64,000 nucleotides of DNA, taken from Candidatus Paceibacter sp. (GTDB lineage Bacteria > Patescibacteriota > Patescibacteriia > S139-126). Both the position numbers and the translations under genes were made by a program. Below are positions 27,209-37,420 of the stretch, piece by piece (the first letter of the stretch is position 1; the number at the start of each line of letters is the position of its first letter). The stretch spans positions 63,901-127,900 of the forward strand of contig DYGA01000003.1 of the NCBI GenBank assembly GCA_020724865.1, read 5' to 3'. The notes beneath the pieces are model-generated. The model searched no databases. It was not told where the DNA came from and worked only from the letters and a program-made list of their open reading frames with translations.

Positions 27209-28054
27209 ATGAAAAAAATTTTAATATTAGGTGCAGACGGAATGCTTGGACATGATTTGGCAAAAGTTTTTGCTGAATATAATCCGTGGCTGTGGGACAA
27301 AACAGAACTTGATATAACAGATGAAAAAAACGTGATGGAAAAAATCACCATCACAAAACCAGATATTATTATAAATTCGGCCGCCTATACCAATGTTGAC
27401 GGTGCGGAGGCAGATAATGAGATTGCTTATAAAGTTAATGCTGATGCGGTTGGTTTTATAACTAACGCTGCCAAAGTTATAAATGCTAAAGTTGTGCAAA
27501 TTAGCACTGAATATGTTTTTAGTGGTGAAAATAAAAATGGCTATAATGAAGAAGATAAAACTAACCCTATCAATTTTTACGGACAATCAAAAGCAGCTGG
27601 CGAAAAAATATTAATTAGTTCTGGAGTTGATTATTTTTTAATCAGAACTTCGTGGCTATATGGTCAAGCGTCGCAAAAAGGCAAACCCAGGGGGAAAAAT
27701 TTTATTGATACAATCTTAGAGAAAGCTAAAACTAACGATGATTTAAAGGTGGTAAATGACCAGTTTGGACATCCAACTTATACGTATGATTTATCACAAG
27801 CAATTAAATCTTTACTTTGGGAGAATTATCCTACCGGCATATATCATTTAATAAATGAAGGGGTGGCCTCTTGGTATGATTTGGCGAAATATGCTTTGCA
27901 GATAAAAAATATGAATGCTAAAATAAAACCGTGTTCAAGTGATGATTTTCCACATATTGCCCAAAGACCTAAGTTTTCAATATTAAACAATAACAAATTT
28001 CCTAAATTGAGAAATTGGCAATTGGCAGTAGAGGACTATTTAAATAATAAATAG
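27209..28054 (+). CDS. rmlD: dTDP-4-dehydrorhamnose reductase
   Basis: ILGADGMLG Rossmann motif, the YGQSKAAGE catalytic motif, 281 aa. Confidence 0.85.
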   Translation: MKKILILGADGMLGHDLAKVFAEYNPWLWDKTELDITDEKNVMEKITITKPDIIINSAAYTNVDGAEADNEIAYKVNADAVGFITNAAKVINAKVVQISTEYVFSGENKNGYNEEDKTNPINFYGQSKAAGEKILISSGVDYFLIRTSWLYGQASQKGKPRGKNFIDTILEKAKTNDDLKVVNDQFGHPTYTYDLSQAIKSLLWENYPTGIYHLINEGVASWYDLAKYALQIKNMNAKIKPCSSDDFPHIAQRPKFSILNNNKFPKLRNWQLAVEDYLNNK

Positions 28055-28077
28055 ATTAATTCTTAATTCTAAATAAT

Positions 28078-28527
28078 ATGCCTCACGATTTTAAAATATC
28101 AGTCAATGCAATTATACCCAGAGAAGGTGAAGTATTATTGGTGAAAAGGTCCGATCGGGATATGTGGAGATTGCCCGGCGGCGAACTAGCATTAGGGGAA
28201 ACTATTGATGAAGCAATAATAAAGCTGATCCACCAAAAGTTGGGTTTAACTATAAGCATTGAAAGGGTTATTGGTTTATATTCTAAACCAATACAAAATG
28301 AATTAGTTGTTTTATTTTTAGTTAAGTTGATGAACAAACGGCAAACCCCAAAACCGAGTGGTAATTATGTCGCAGCTGATTATTTTCCAGTAGATAAATT
28401 ACCCGATAATTTTCCTGACAAAAATTATGAACGTGTTGAAGATTACAAAGAAAATTATAAAGATGTGGTTATACGCACTCAAATGTCAGCACCATCTAGT
28501 TTAAAATTTCCCAATTTGGGAAAATAG
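28078..28527 (+). CDS. NUDIX hydrolase
   Basis: Nudix box region [26 protein letters not shown]. Confidence 0.7.
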   Translation: MPHDFKISVNAIIPREGEVLLVKRSDRDMWRLPGGELALGETIDEAIIKLIHQKLGLTISIERVIGLYSKPIQNELVVLFLVKLMNKRQTPKPSGNYVAADYFPVDKLPDNFPDKNYERVEDYKENYKDVVIRTQMSAPSSLKFPNLGK

Positions 28528-28531
28528 GATT

Positions 28532-29263
28532 ATGAAAGGTATTATTTTAGCCGGCGGAAAGGCAACAAGATTAAGACCCTTAACTTTAATCACCAGTAAA
28601 CAACTTTTACCGGTTTATAACAAACCGATGATTTTTTATCCATTATTTACTTTACTGAGAGCTGGTATTAGAGAGATTTTAATTATTATTTCACCAGAAT
28701 ACGCCGGTCATTTTATGCGGTTGCTTGGTTCCGGCAAACAATTTAATGCCAAATTTACTTATGAAATTCAAGAATATCCTAGAGGCTTAGCAGATGCTTT
28801 TATAATTGGTGAAGATTTTATTGATAATGGAAATGTAGCGATGATTTTAGGAGATAATATTTTTGCTGACGATTTAAGTCAGGATATAAAAAATTTTATC
28901 AAAGGAGGGATGGTTTTTGCTAAATATGTAAATGATCCGGAAAGATACGGAGTAGTCGATTTTGATGCTAATGGTCGAGCATTATCTATTGAAGAAAAAC
29001 CAAAAAATCCAAAAAGTAATTATTGTGTCACTGGTTTATACGTCTATGATCAGCAAGTCATTGAAATCGCCAAAAATCTTAAACCTTCTGCTAGAGGCGA
29101 ATTGGAAATAACTGATATTAATAATTTTTATTTACAAAAAGGACAATTAGAGGTGAAGGTTATAAAAAACAATTGGTTTGATGCTGGTACGTTTGATTCT
29201 TTACTTAAGGCATCAAATTGGGTAGCGGAAAATCAGTCTCTTTGGGAAGAATTTCAATCATAA
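28532..29263 (+). CDS. rmlA: Glucose-1-phosphate thymidylyltransferase-like sugar-phosphate nucleotidyltransferase
   Basis: [18 protein letters not shown] motif G-x-G-x-R. 243 aa, slightly short for RmlA. Confidence 0.75.
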   Translation: MKGIILAGGKATRLRPLTLITSKQLLPVYNKPMIFYPLFTLLRAGIREILIIISPEYAGHFMRLLGSGKQFNAKFTYEIQEYPRGLADAFIIGEDFIDNGNVAMILGDNIFADDLSQDIKNFIKGGMVFAKYVNDPERYGVVDFDANGRALSIEEKPKNPKSNYCVTGLYVYDQQVIEIAKNLKPSARGELEITDINNFYLQKGQLEVKVIKNNWFDAGTFDSLLKASNWVAENQSLWEEFQS

Positions 29264-30602
29264 ATAAATTTTGTTTGTTTTCATTTTGATCGGTAGCAAT
29301 CATACTATAAATAACTTCATAACCAGATTTCACCAAGCTGGTTTTATTTATATTTTCTAGATTTAAAATTTGTGCTCTATTTCTTTTGTCACGATCATCC
29401 AATTCAATCATTTCTAATCCGTTTTTTTGTAACAGCAGCAAATGGTTATTTGATGGATACCATAAAACTTGGTTGATAGGATTGGCTTGCCTTGTGATTA
29501 GTGAAGTTTTTCCATCTTTTTCAATCCAAACTTCCCAGGAGTTATAAAAAACTAAAGCATTATTGGGAGAATAGAAAGCTGATTCTACATCATTATAAAT
29601 TTTTGAGCTGTTGTTAAAACCTACTTCATTTTTGTCTAAATTCAATACATATAATTTATTGTTTTTTTCATCTAAGATTGTGGCTTTTTTATTTTGGATA
29701 TTTAAAAATTTATAATTTTCAGAATAAGGCAAAAGATAATCGGGAAAACTTTCATTGGTAATATTTAGCGCTTTTATTCTGAGATAAATATTATTATCTA
29801 AATTATTTTTTTCTAAATAATAAACTAAATTATTGTCAAAATAGAAATCAAAAATTTTTGTATCTAGATTGGAAATAATATTTGTTTGTTTTAAAGAAAA
29901 TGGTTCAAGATAAAAAATATTTTTATCGTCAGCACATAAAATTGTCAGCGAGTTATCTTTAATTAATTTACAATTAAACATTTGTCCCAAAGAATTTTTT
30001 CTGGGAATAACTATAATTTTGTTGGGATCTTGGATGCGCCAGAAAAAATAAGTTTTATCTGCTGTTAATAATAAAATTTGTTTATCAAGCGACCACTGAG
30101 ATTCTAAAATTTTTTCATTTAATTCATTAATTTTTTGTTCAATATTATTGTTTAAATTTAATATTTTTAATTCATTATTTTTTTGAAATATGATTAGATT
30201 TTCTATATCGTTGTAAGTCCAGAAGTCAACTTGATTAATAAGAGGAGTAATGTTGGGATTTATTTTAAATAAATATATATGTTCAGCAAAAGTTGTTTCT
30301 CCTGATAATACATTTAAATTTTTTTCCCAAGAAGAAAAGCCAGGTTTACTTATTTTTATATTATATTTATTTGGTAGTAGATTATTAAATCGCCAAGGTG
30401 TAGATTTTTCAATTTGTGTATCATTTAAATTTATAAATACTTTCTTGGGTGTGGTACGAATAACTAAATTACCTATTTTATCCACTTTATTTTTATAATA
30501 ATTCCAACGATAACCCGTAGTATATAAAACAACCAACGGAGCGGTTATGCCAAAAAATATAAAAAAAAGTATATAAATAATACGTCTGGTACGTAAAGTC
30601 AT
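29205..30602 (-). CDS. Hypothetical Asn-rich membrane-anchored protein with a PEGA-like domain and probable beta-propeller repeats
   Basis: N-terminal TM. The segment KKVFINLND...[19 protein letters not shown] resembles a PEGA domain. Repetitive N/Y/W-rich segments. Confidence 0.45.
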   Translation of the reverse strand: MTLRTRRIIYILFFIFFGITAPLVVLYTTGYRWNYYKNKVDKIGNLVIRTTPKKVFINLNDTQIEKSTPWRFNNLLPNKYNIKISKPGFSSWEKNLNVLSGETTFAEHIYLFKINPNITPLINQVDFWTYNDIENLIIFQKNNELKILNLNNNIEQKINELNEKILESQWSLDKQILLLTADKTYFFWRIQDPNKIIVIPRKNSLGQMFNCKLIKDNSLTILCADDKNIFYLEPFSLKQTNIISNLDTKIFDFYFDNNLVYYLEKNNLDNNIYLRIKALNITNESFPDYLLPYSENYKFLNIQNKKATILDEKNNKLYVLNLDKNEVGFNNSSKIYNDVESAFYSPNNALVFYNSWEVWIEKDGKTSLITRQANPINQVLWYPSNNHLLLLQKNGLEMIELDDRDKRNRAQILNLENINKTSLVKSGYEVIYSMIATDQNENKQNLFMIEILPKETDFPLPNLMP

Positions 30603-30661
30603 AGTTTATTTATTATTTTTATTATAGCATTTTTTTGCTTTCTTGAATAAAACTTAAAGAT

Positions 30662-30682
30662 AACTTACAATATATGTAAGTT
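30662..30682. promoter_or_regulatory. Perfect 21-bp palindrome (AACTTACA-ATATA-TGTAAGTT) immediately upstream of the murA start
   Basis: 8-bp inverted arms with a 5-bp spacer, in the divergent intergenic region. Ends 1 nt before ATG 30684. Confidence 0.4.
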
Positions 30683-30683
30683 T

Positions 30684-31952
30684 ATGACAAATATGTCCAA
30701 ATATGTTATTCAAGGAGGAAAAACCTTAAAAGGTACTATTTCAGTATCAGGCGCAAAGAATATGGCGACCAAATTAATGGTTGCTTGTTTGCTGTCTGAC
30801 CAAGTAATGACTTTGAAAAATGTGCCAGAAATCGAAGATGTCAATCGTTTACTTGAAGTATTATCTGATTTAGGGGTTAAAATAAATAAATTGCACGACA
30901 ATACTTATCAATTGGATCCAAAACATTTTAATCCAAAAAATTTAAATATGGAATTGGTAAGTAAATTTAGAGCTTCGATCTTATTGTTAGGTCCATTGTT
31001 GGCTCAATATCAAGAAATAAAATTTCCTCATCCTGGAGGTTGCACTATTGGCAAAAGACCGATTGATATGTTTATAGAAGGTTTTAAAAAAATGGGAGTA
31101 ACGGTGTCAATTGATGACAAATATTATATTTTTCGATCTAATGGTCTGCAAGGTGCTAAAATAGTTTTTCCGCAAATTACTGTTACCGGTACGGAAACTT
31201 TGTTATTAGCCGCAGTCAAAGCCAAAGGTATTACTCATTTAATAAATGTTGCGCAAGAACCAGAAGTAATAGCTTTAGCTGAGTATTTAAATAAAAATGG
31301 CGCTAAGATCAGAGGTGTTGGTACTAGTGTATTAGAAATTGAAGGGGTTAATAATTTACAAAATAGCGAAGTTGAAATTATTCCTGATCGCATAGAAGCT
31401 GGATCTTTTTTAGCTTTAGCTTGTGCCAGTAACAGTAATTTAAAAATCACGAATTGTAATCCAGATCATTTACAAGTACCTTTAACTTTACTCGAACAAA
31501 TGGGTGTTAAAATGAAAATAGGTTTAAATGAAATTGAAATACTTGCTTCAAAAGATTTACAAGCTTTAAACATTAAAACACATGAATATCCTGGTTTTCC
31601 TACTGATATGCAAGCGCCATTTACTGTTTTGATGACTCAGGCTTTTGGACAATCACTAATTCATGAAACAATATTTGAAGGCAGATTATTTTATACAGAT
31701 TTTTTAAATCGCATGGGGGCTAATATTATTATGTGTGATCCGCAGAGAGTATTATTGACTGGACCGACTAAACTGAAAGGCAAAAAATTAGAATCTCCAG
31801 ATTTGAGAGCTGGTATAGCAATGGTTATAGCGGGATTAATTGCCGAGGGGACTACAGAAATTGAAAATATATATCAGATAGAAAGAGGGTATGAGGGATT
31901 AATTGACAAGTTAAAGGCAGTTGGCGCTAATATTATTAAAAAAAATGATTAA
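30684..31952 (+). CDS. murA: UDP-N-acetylglucosamine 1-carboxyvinyltransferase
   Basis: VIQGGKTLKGTISVSGAKNMA, Cys-containing active-site loop, 422 aa. An alternative start lies at 30693 (MSKYVIQGG). Confidence 0.9.
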   Translation: MTNMSKYVIQGGKTLKGTISVSGAKNMATKLMVACLLSDQVMTLKNVPEIEDVNRLLEVLSDLGVKINKLHDNTYQLDPKHFNPKNLNMELVSKFRASILLLGPLLAQYQEIKFPHPGGCTIGKRPIDMFIEGFKKMGVTVSIDDKYYIFRSNGLQGAKIVFPQITVTGTETLLLAAVKAKGITHLINVAQEPEVIALAEYLNKNGAKIRGVGTSVLEIEGVNNLQNSEVEIIPDRIEAGSFLALACASNSNLKITNCNPDHLQVPLTLLEQMGVKMKIGLNEIEILASKDLQALNIKTHEYPGFPTDMQAPFTVLMTQAFGQSLIHETIFEGRLFYTDFLNRMGANIIMCDPQRVLLTGPTKLKGKKLESPDLRAGIAMVIAGLIAEGTTEIENIYQIERGYEGLIDKLKAVGANIIKKND

Positions 31953-31972
31953 TAAATAATAAATAATCAATC

Positions 31973-33202
31973 ATGAGTATAGTTAAAAAGATTTTAATAG
32001 CAATATTAGCCGGTTTTTTTGTTTTAGGGGTGTTTTCGGCAGGTCTACTTTATGGTGCTAAAAATGGAATATTAATAAATAATTTAGTTAGGGTTGGGAC
32101 TGGTAAAGTTTTAAATAAAGATATTACTCCCAAACAATATCTGCAGGATGTTAGTTTTTCCTTATACTGGGATCTTTGGGATACTATTCAAAAAAGATAT
32201 TATGATTTTAAAAATGTAAAAGAAGTTGACATGTTTTATGGATCATTGGCGGGGATGGTAGCAGCCTTAAATGATCCTTATTCTGTATTTTTAAGTCCCC
32301 AAGTTAATGAAGAATTTACCGATGAATTAAGTGGAAAATTTGAAGGTATTGGGGCTGAAATTGGTATTCGCAAAGATCAACTTACCATAATTGCTCCTTT
32401 GCCAGATACACCTGCTTTTCGGGCTGGATTAAAAATTGGCGATAAAATATTGGCAATAGATGGTATTGATACCCAGGGTATGGCTTTAGATAAAGCTGTT
32501 AGTTTAATTCGAGGTGAAAAAGGAACAAAAGTTAAACTGACAATAGCTACTGCCAGTGATAATGAAATTAAAGATGTTGAGATAGTTAGAGACACCATAA
32601 ACATTATTAGCGTTACTTGGGAACAAAAAGATAACCAAACAGCTTACATAAAAATTTCATATTTTAATGAAGATACTTTTGAAAGATTTCGTCAGGCAGT
32701 TGCTGAAGCTTTAAAAAATAATCCAAAAAATATAATCTTAGATTTACGCGGGAATCCAGGCGGGTTTTTGGATACCGCCGTAAAGATTGCAAGTTATTGG
32801 GTAGATAACCAGCCGGTGGTTTTGGAAAAATTGTATGATGGTTCAATTACCACTTTTCCAGCAGTGGGTAAACCAGTATTGAAAGATAAAAAAACTTACA
32901 TTTTAATTAATGGCGGTTCTGCTTCAGCTTCCGAGATTGTTGCTGGGGCATTACAGGATTATAACTTGGCTACTATAGTTGGTGAACAATCATTTGGTAA
33001 AGGTAGTGTTCAAGATCTTATCAACTTTGTTGATGGATCGGCAGTTAAATTAACCGTAGCTAAGTGGTTAACTCCAAAAAGTAATGCTATCGATCAGGTG
33101 GGGATAACCCCAGATGTAGTAGTAGAAATGACATCTGATGATTATGATGAAAATAGAGATCCTCAACTTGATAAAGTTCTAGAATTGATAAAAGAAAATT
33201 AA
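31973..33202 (+). CDS. ctpA: Carboxyl-terminal processing protease (S41 family) with PDZ domain
   Basis: PDZ segment GLKIGDKILAIDG and the S41 motifs LDLRGNPGG, GGSASASEI, TIVGEQSFGKGSVQ. Confidence 0.85.
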   Translation: MSIVKKILIAILAGFFVLGVFSAGLLYGAKNGILINNLVRVGTGKVLNKDITPKQYLQDVSFSLYWDLWDTIQKRYYDFKNVKEVDMFYGSLAGMVAALNDPYSVFLSPQVNEEFTDELSGKFEGIGAEIGIRKDQLTIIAPLPDTPAFRAGLKIGDKILAIDGIDTQGMALDKAVSLIRGEKGTKVKLTIATASDNEIKDVEIVRDTINIISVTWEQKDNQTAYIKISYFNEDTFERFRQAVAEALKNNPKNIILDLRGNPGGFLDTAVKIASYWVDNQPVVLEKLYDGSITTFPAVGKPVLKDKKTYILINGGSASASEIVAGALQDYNLATIVGEQSFGKGSVQDLINFVDGSAVKLTVAKWLTPKSNAIDQVGITPDVVVEMTSDDYDENRDPQLDKVLELIKEN

Positions 33203-33206
33203 TATT

Positions 33207-33662
33207 ATGAAAGTAATATTATTGAAGTCATACAAAAATCTTGGACGAGCAGGTGAGTTAAAAGAGGTTAATGAGGGGTATGCTCGAAATTTTTTAATTC
33301 CGCAAAAAATTGTTAAAGTTGCCGATGATAAAAGTATTAATGATTTCAAAATACAAAAAAAACAACAAGAAAAAAAATTTTTAAAAATCAATGCTATTAA
33401 ACAGGAATTTATAAATAAATTAAACCAACATAAAATTGAAATTATTAGACCAGCCAATGAAGCCGGCGTATTATTTGCTCAAGTTAAAAAAGATGATATA
33501 GCAGCAGTTTTACAACAATATAATTTGCCCAATATTGATATTAAAATTTCAGAATGTCATTTTAAGAATATAGGTAATCATCAGGTAGAGATAAATTTTC
33601 CTGACAAGACTAATTATCAATTAGTCATAAATATAAAACCGCTAAAAAATTATGAAAAATAA
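33207..33662 (+). CDS. rplI: 50S ribosomal protein L9
   Basis: MKVILLKSYKNLGRAGELKEVNEGYARNFLIPQKIVKVA matches the L9 N-terminal consensus. Confidence 0.9.
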   Translation: MKVILLKSYKNLGRAGELKEVNEGYARNFLIPQKIVKVADDKSINDFKIQKKQQEKKFLKINAIKQEFINKLNQHKIEIIRPANEAGVLFAQVKKDDIAAVLQQYNLPNIDIKISECHFKNIGNHQVEINFPDKTNYQLVINIKPLKNYEK

Positions 33663-35304
33663 AAAAACAAAGTTCATTTTTGTGATGGGTGGAGTTTTGT
33701 CTGGTTTGGGTAAAGGTATAGCTACCTCATCAATTGCTAAATTATTGCAGAGTCGCGGTTTTAAAGTAACTGCGATGAAAATTGATCCTTACATAAATGT
33801 TGACGCTGGTACAATGAATCCCACCGAACATGGTGAGGTATTTGTGACCAAAGATGGCTTGGAAACAGATCAGGATATAGGTAATTATGAAAGATTTTTA
33901 GATTTAGAATTAGACGCAGACAACTATATGACCCAAGGTTCGGTTTGGCAAACAGTCATAAATAAAGAGAGAAACCTTGAATATGGCGGTAAATGTGTTG
34001 AACCAGTACCTCATATACCAGATGAAGTAATTCGACGTATTAAAAAATTAGCGAACAAATCTAAAGCTGATTTTGTAATGATAGAAATTGGGGGTACTGT
34101 TGGTGAATATCAAAATTTTATTTTTTTGGAAGCCGCTAGAATGATGAAATTAAAAATGCCAAATCAAGTTATGTCAATCATGGTTTCATATTTACCCATA
34201 CCTTCAAAGATAGGTGAAATGAAAACAAAACCTACTCAAACTGCAGTAAAAACATTAAATTCGGCTGGTATCCAACCAGATTTCATTTTAGCTCGAAGCG
34301 AAAAAGTTTTAGATCATAAACGTAAAGAAAAAATTTCAACATTTTGTAATGTAGCTATTGAGGATGTAATTTCTTCTCCAGATGTAGACAATATTTATCA
34401 AGTGCCAATAGTTTATCGGCAGCAAAATCTTGATAAAAGAATATTGTTGAAGTTTAAGATGAAAGCAAATAACCGTGACCTGCAAGATTGGCAAAAAAAA
34501 TTGTTGGAAATTCCCAAAAAGACTCGTAAAAAAGTAAAAATTGGTTTGGTAGGAAAATATTTTTCTACCGGTTCATTTACTTTATCTGATTCTTATATTT
34601 CAGTAATTGAATCATTAAAATTTGCAGCTTGGTATCATAAATTTAATATAGAATTTGTTTGGATAGACAGCGAAAGTATAGAAAAAGGTAAAACAGATCT
34701 TAAGGTTTTAAATGATTTTGCTGGCATAGTTGTACCTGGCGGTTTTGGTAGCCGCGGAGTGGAAGGAATTATACAAGCTATAGAGTTTATAAGAAAAAGT
34801 AAAATACCGTATTTTGGACTTTGTTATGGTATGCAATTAGCTTGTATAGAGTTTGCCAGAAATGTTTTAAAGTTAAAGGATGCTAATACGACCGAAATTG
34901 ATAAACAGACAACCAATCCAATAATTGATTTAATGAGCGAACAAAAACAAAATATCAAAGATGCTCGTTATGGTGGCACTATGAGATTGGGGGATTATAG
35001 TTGTCAATTAGTTCCTAAAACTATAGCTGCCCAAGCTTATAATTCTACTTCGGTTGTAGAAAGACACCGACATCGTTATGAATTTAATAATAAATATTTA
35101 AATAAAATAACTAAAGCTGGATTGATTGTATCTGGAATAAATAAAAAGAGGAATTTAGTTGAAATAGTTGAGCTAACTGATCATCCATTTTTTGTCGGTG
35201 TCCAATTTCATCCGGAATTTAAATCTCGGCCACTCCGCCCTCATCCCTTATTTTTACAATTTATTAGTGCGGCCATCAAAAGGCAAGAATATAAAAACAA
35301 ATAA
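33652..35304 (+). CDS. pyrG: CTP synthase
   Basis: KFIFVMGGVLSGLGKGIATSSIA N-terminus and the glutamine amidotransferase GLCYGMQ motif. 550 aa. Confidence 0.95.
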   Translation: MKNKKTKFIFVMGGVLSGLGKGIATSSIAKLLQSRGFKVTAMKIDPYINVDAGTMNPTEHGEVFVTKDGLETDQDIGNYERFLDLELDADNYMTQGSVWQTVINKERNLEYGGKCVEPVPHIPDEVIRRIKKLANKSKADFVMIEIGGTVGEYQNFIFLEAARMMKLKMPNQVMSIMVSYLPIPSKIGEMKTKPTQTAVKTLNSAGIQPDFILARSEKVLDHKRKEKISTFCNVAIEDVISSPDVDNIYQVPIVYRQQNLDKRILLKFKMKANNRDLQDWQKKLLEIPKKTRKKVKIGLVGKYFSTGSFTLSDSYISVIESLKFAAWYHKFNIEFVWIDSESIEKGKTDLKVLNDFAGIVVPGGFGSRGVEGIIQAIEFIRKSKIPYFGLCYGMQLACIEFARNVLKLKDANTTEIDKQTTNPIIDLMSEQKQNIKDARYGGTMRLGDYSCQLVPKTIAAQAYNSTSVVERHRHRYEFNNKYLNKITKAGLIVSGINKKRNLVEIVELTDHPFFVGVQFHPEFKSRPLRPHPLFLQFISAAIKRQEYKNK

Positions 35305-35309
35305 ATAAA

Positions 35310-35345
35310 ATAAAGTCCGTCTCACCGAGACGGACTTTATTTAAT
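35310..35345. terminator. Bidirectional rho-independent terminator (gtccgtct-caccg-agacggac) between pyrG and rpmA
   Basis: Perfect GC-rich hairpin flanked by an A-run upstream and a T-run downstream. Confidence 0.75.
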
Positions 35346-35356
35346 ATTTATTTTAA

Positions 35357-35635
35357 TTATTTACTAATTACGTGTACGTATTTAGTTAATTTTTTTTGGC
35401 CATTGAATCGAGTTACTTTTTTAGTTTGAAATGAAACAATCCCAGCTGTTTTAGCCATTAACGTGTCGTCACCACCTTTGATAACATTTTTTCCTGGTCT
35501 TATTTTTGTACCTCGCTGTCTGACTAATATATTTCCAGGTTTTGCAATTTGCCCAGCAAACATTTTTATTCCCAAGCGTTTACTAACGCTATCACGGCCT
35601 AAGCTTGTTGAACCGCCTGCCTTTTTATGCGCCAT
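35357..35635 (-). CDS. rpmA: 50S ribosomal protein L27
   Basis: [24 protein letters not shown] is a near-universal L27 N-terminus. There is no upstream rplU in the window. Confidence 0.95.
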   Translation of the reverse strand: MAHKKAGGSTSLGRDSVSKRLGIKMFAGQIAKPGNILVRQRGTKIRPGKNVIKGGDDTLMAKTAGIVSFQTKKVTRFNGQKKLTKYVHVISK

Positions 35636-35729
35636 AAATAATTAATGTTAATAATTTTATATTGGTAATGATAATAATATCATAAAATAAGGTATTGTCA
35701 AGATAAATTTCAATTGCTAAAGTTAATAC

Positions 35730-35993
35730 ATGAAGAAAAAAAGATTGTATAAAAATGAATTAACTTCAAGTATTTTAAATAAATATATTAATTCTAAAAT
35801 TAAACCATACATCCAGCTTGATGGGGGAGATATAGAGTTTATATCTTACAGTAAATCAACTGGTCAAGTCAAAGTTAAGTTATTAGGCGCTTGTGTTGGT
35901 TGTCCTTTATCCTCAATTACTTTAAAGATGGGGGTTGAAAAGCAATTACAAAGTAAATTTCCCGAAATTACTGAAGTAATAATGATTGACTGA
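35730..35993 (+). CDS. NifU/Nfu-like Fe-S cluster scaffold domain protein
   Basis: LLGACVGCPLSSITLKMGVE carries the Nfu C-terminal domain CxxC motif. Confidence 0.65.
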   Translation: MKKKRLYKNELTSSILNKYINSKIKPYIQLDGGDIEFISYSKSTGQVKVKLLGACVGCPLSSITLKMGVEKQLQSKFPEITEVIMID

Positions 35994-35994
35994 T

Positions 35995-36360
35995 TTAAAA
36001 ATTTATTTGTGGACTGATATTGTCAAAATTTGAGTTGTTTTTTAAATATTGTTGACTTAAATTTTGGGAAAATATATTGGAGAATTTATCCCAATTATAA
36101 TTTGTTGGTTTTAATTTGTTTTCAAAATTTAATTCCACTTCGTCTAATAGTTTTGTGTTGATAGTGGCAGGTGCGATATCACTTTGCAAAACTATTATTT
36201 GCTTGGCAGAAATAATAGTTTGATAAAAGTTAAAGTAAAGAAAAAAACCAATAATTAAGATGATCAATATAGAAAAAATTATTGATATTGATTTTAGATT
36301 TTTTAAAAAAAATGAATTAAATTTTTTGAATATTTTGTTTAATTTCATATTTATTGCCAA
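35995..36360 (-). CDS. Hypothetical single-TM protein, last gene of the pilus operon (PilP-like position)
   Basis: Translationally coupled to pilO by a 10-nt overlap. N-terminal TM. Confidence 0.35.
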   Translation of the reverse strand: MAINMKLNKIFKKFNSFFLKNLKSISIIFSILIILIIGFFLYFNFYQTIISAKQIIVLQSDIAPATINTKLLDEVELNFENKLKPTNYNWDKFSNIFSQNLSQQYLKNNSNFDNISPQINF

Positions 36361-36887
36361 TACATATTAGCTTCAATCGAAGTCATTACTTCGTTACCTT
36401 GTTGGTTAAAGGTTAGTTTATAAATGTTTATATAATATTGTTTGTGTTGCAATTCTTCTATAAAACGTAAAGTATTTACGTAAGAACCATTAAGAGTCAA
36501 TTGTACAGTAATTGGAGTTGGAGTTTTTGGTTTTTCGAAATCGGGGAGTTTTATTGAGTGATTAATATTATTTGCTTCAGCTGTTTTTTCAATATCATTT
36601 ATAAAGTCCAGGGTATTTTCAGTCTTAATTATTATTTCGTTTATTTTTTCCAGTCTTGTTTGGGAACGTTCTATTTCCAGATTTATTTTTTTCAAAGACA
36701 TACCCTGTTGATACTTTGTTTCTAATTCTAGGCGTGTTTGATAAATTTGTTTATTTAAATCAATAATATCCAAAATAGTTTTGGCGGTAAAAAATATTGT
36801 ACTTAAAAGTAATATAACCAATAGTACAATTGTTACATTTAAAGTTGTAGAATTTTCTTTTTGATTTTTTGAATTTAATTTATTCAT
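36351..36887 (-). CDS. pilO: Type IV pilus assembly protein PilO-like
   Basis: Single N-terminal TM plus a coiled-coil periplasmic domain. Sits in pilM-pilN-pilO order. Confidence 0.55.
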   Translation of the reverse strand: MNKLNSKNQKENSTTLNVTIVLLVILLLSTIFFTAKTILDIIDLNKQIYQTRLELETKYQQGMSLKKINLEIERSQTRLEKINEIIIKTENTLDFINDIEKTAEANNINHSIKLPDFEKPKTPTPITVQLTLNGSYVNTLRFIEELQHKQYYINIYKLTFNQQGNEVMTSIEANMYWQ

Positions 36888-37419
36888 CGCAGGATAATTT
36901 ATTTATAGTGCCAGTAATCGAAAAATCAATATTTTGTTTTTTTAGTAAAGTGTTGAGAGGTAAGGATATTTCACTTATAAAATCACACTCTTCTAGATTT
37001 TGTTTTAAATCCAATAAATTTTCTCGGTTATTACTTATACCAATTAAATTGACTTTTTTTTCTGACATATTAATCTCAATTTTACTTAAATAAATGCCAT
37101 TTTTAATTTTACTGTTCAAATTATATAAAAACAGTGCCCAATCAGTATATTCTTTTTGAATATCGTTTAAGATTTTAATTTGTTTATTGTAGTTATTTAC
37201 ACGTTCGTTTATTTTTTGATTTGATATTTTTAAAGCCGTTGCTTGAGTTTGGACCTCGTTGAATTTTTTTAATAAAATTAACTTCGCTCCAAACAAAACA
37301 CCGCTGATAACCAGAGACAAAGTTAAAATAATAGAAATTACTGTTTTAATGATCACATATTTCCACATCAAATTGGAATTGGTTTTTTCTGAAATTGGTA
37401 GTAAATTTAATTCAATCAT
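36880..37419 (-). CDS. pilN: Type IV pilus assembly protein PilN-like
   Basis: Short cytoplasmic N-terminus, one TM, a coiled-coil periplasmic region, immediately after pilM. Confidence 0.6.
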   Translation of the reverse strand: MIELNLLPISEKTNSNLMWKYVIIKTVISIILTLSLVISGVLFGAKLILLKKFNEVQTQATALKISNQKINERVNNYNKQIKILNDIQKEYTDWALFLYNLNSKIKNGIYLSKIEINMSEKKVNLIGISNNRENLLDLKQNLEECDFISEISLPLNTLLKKQNIDFSITGTINKLSCDE

Positions 37420-37420
37420 A

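Noticed and set aside
30711-30720. Strong SD-like CAAGGAGGAA downstream of the murA start.
   Set aside because: It lies in frame inside murA coding sequence, encoding the conserved IQGGKT segment. This is coincidence, not an internal start.
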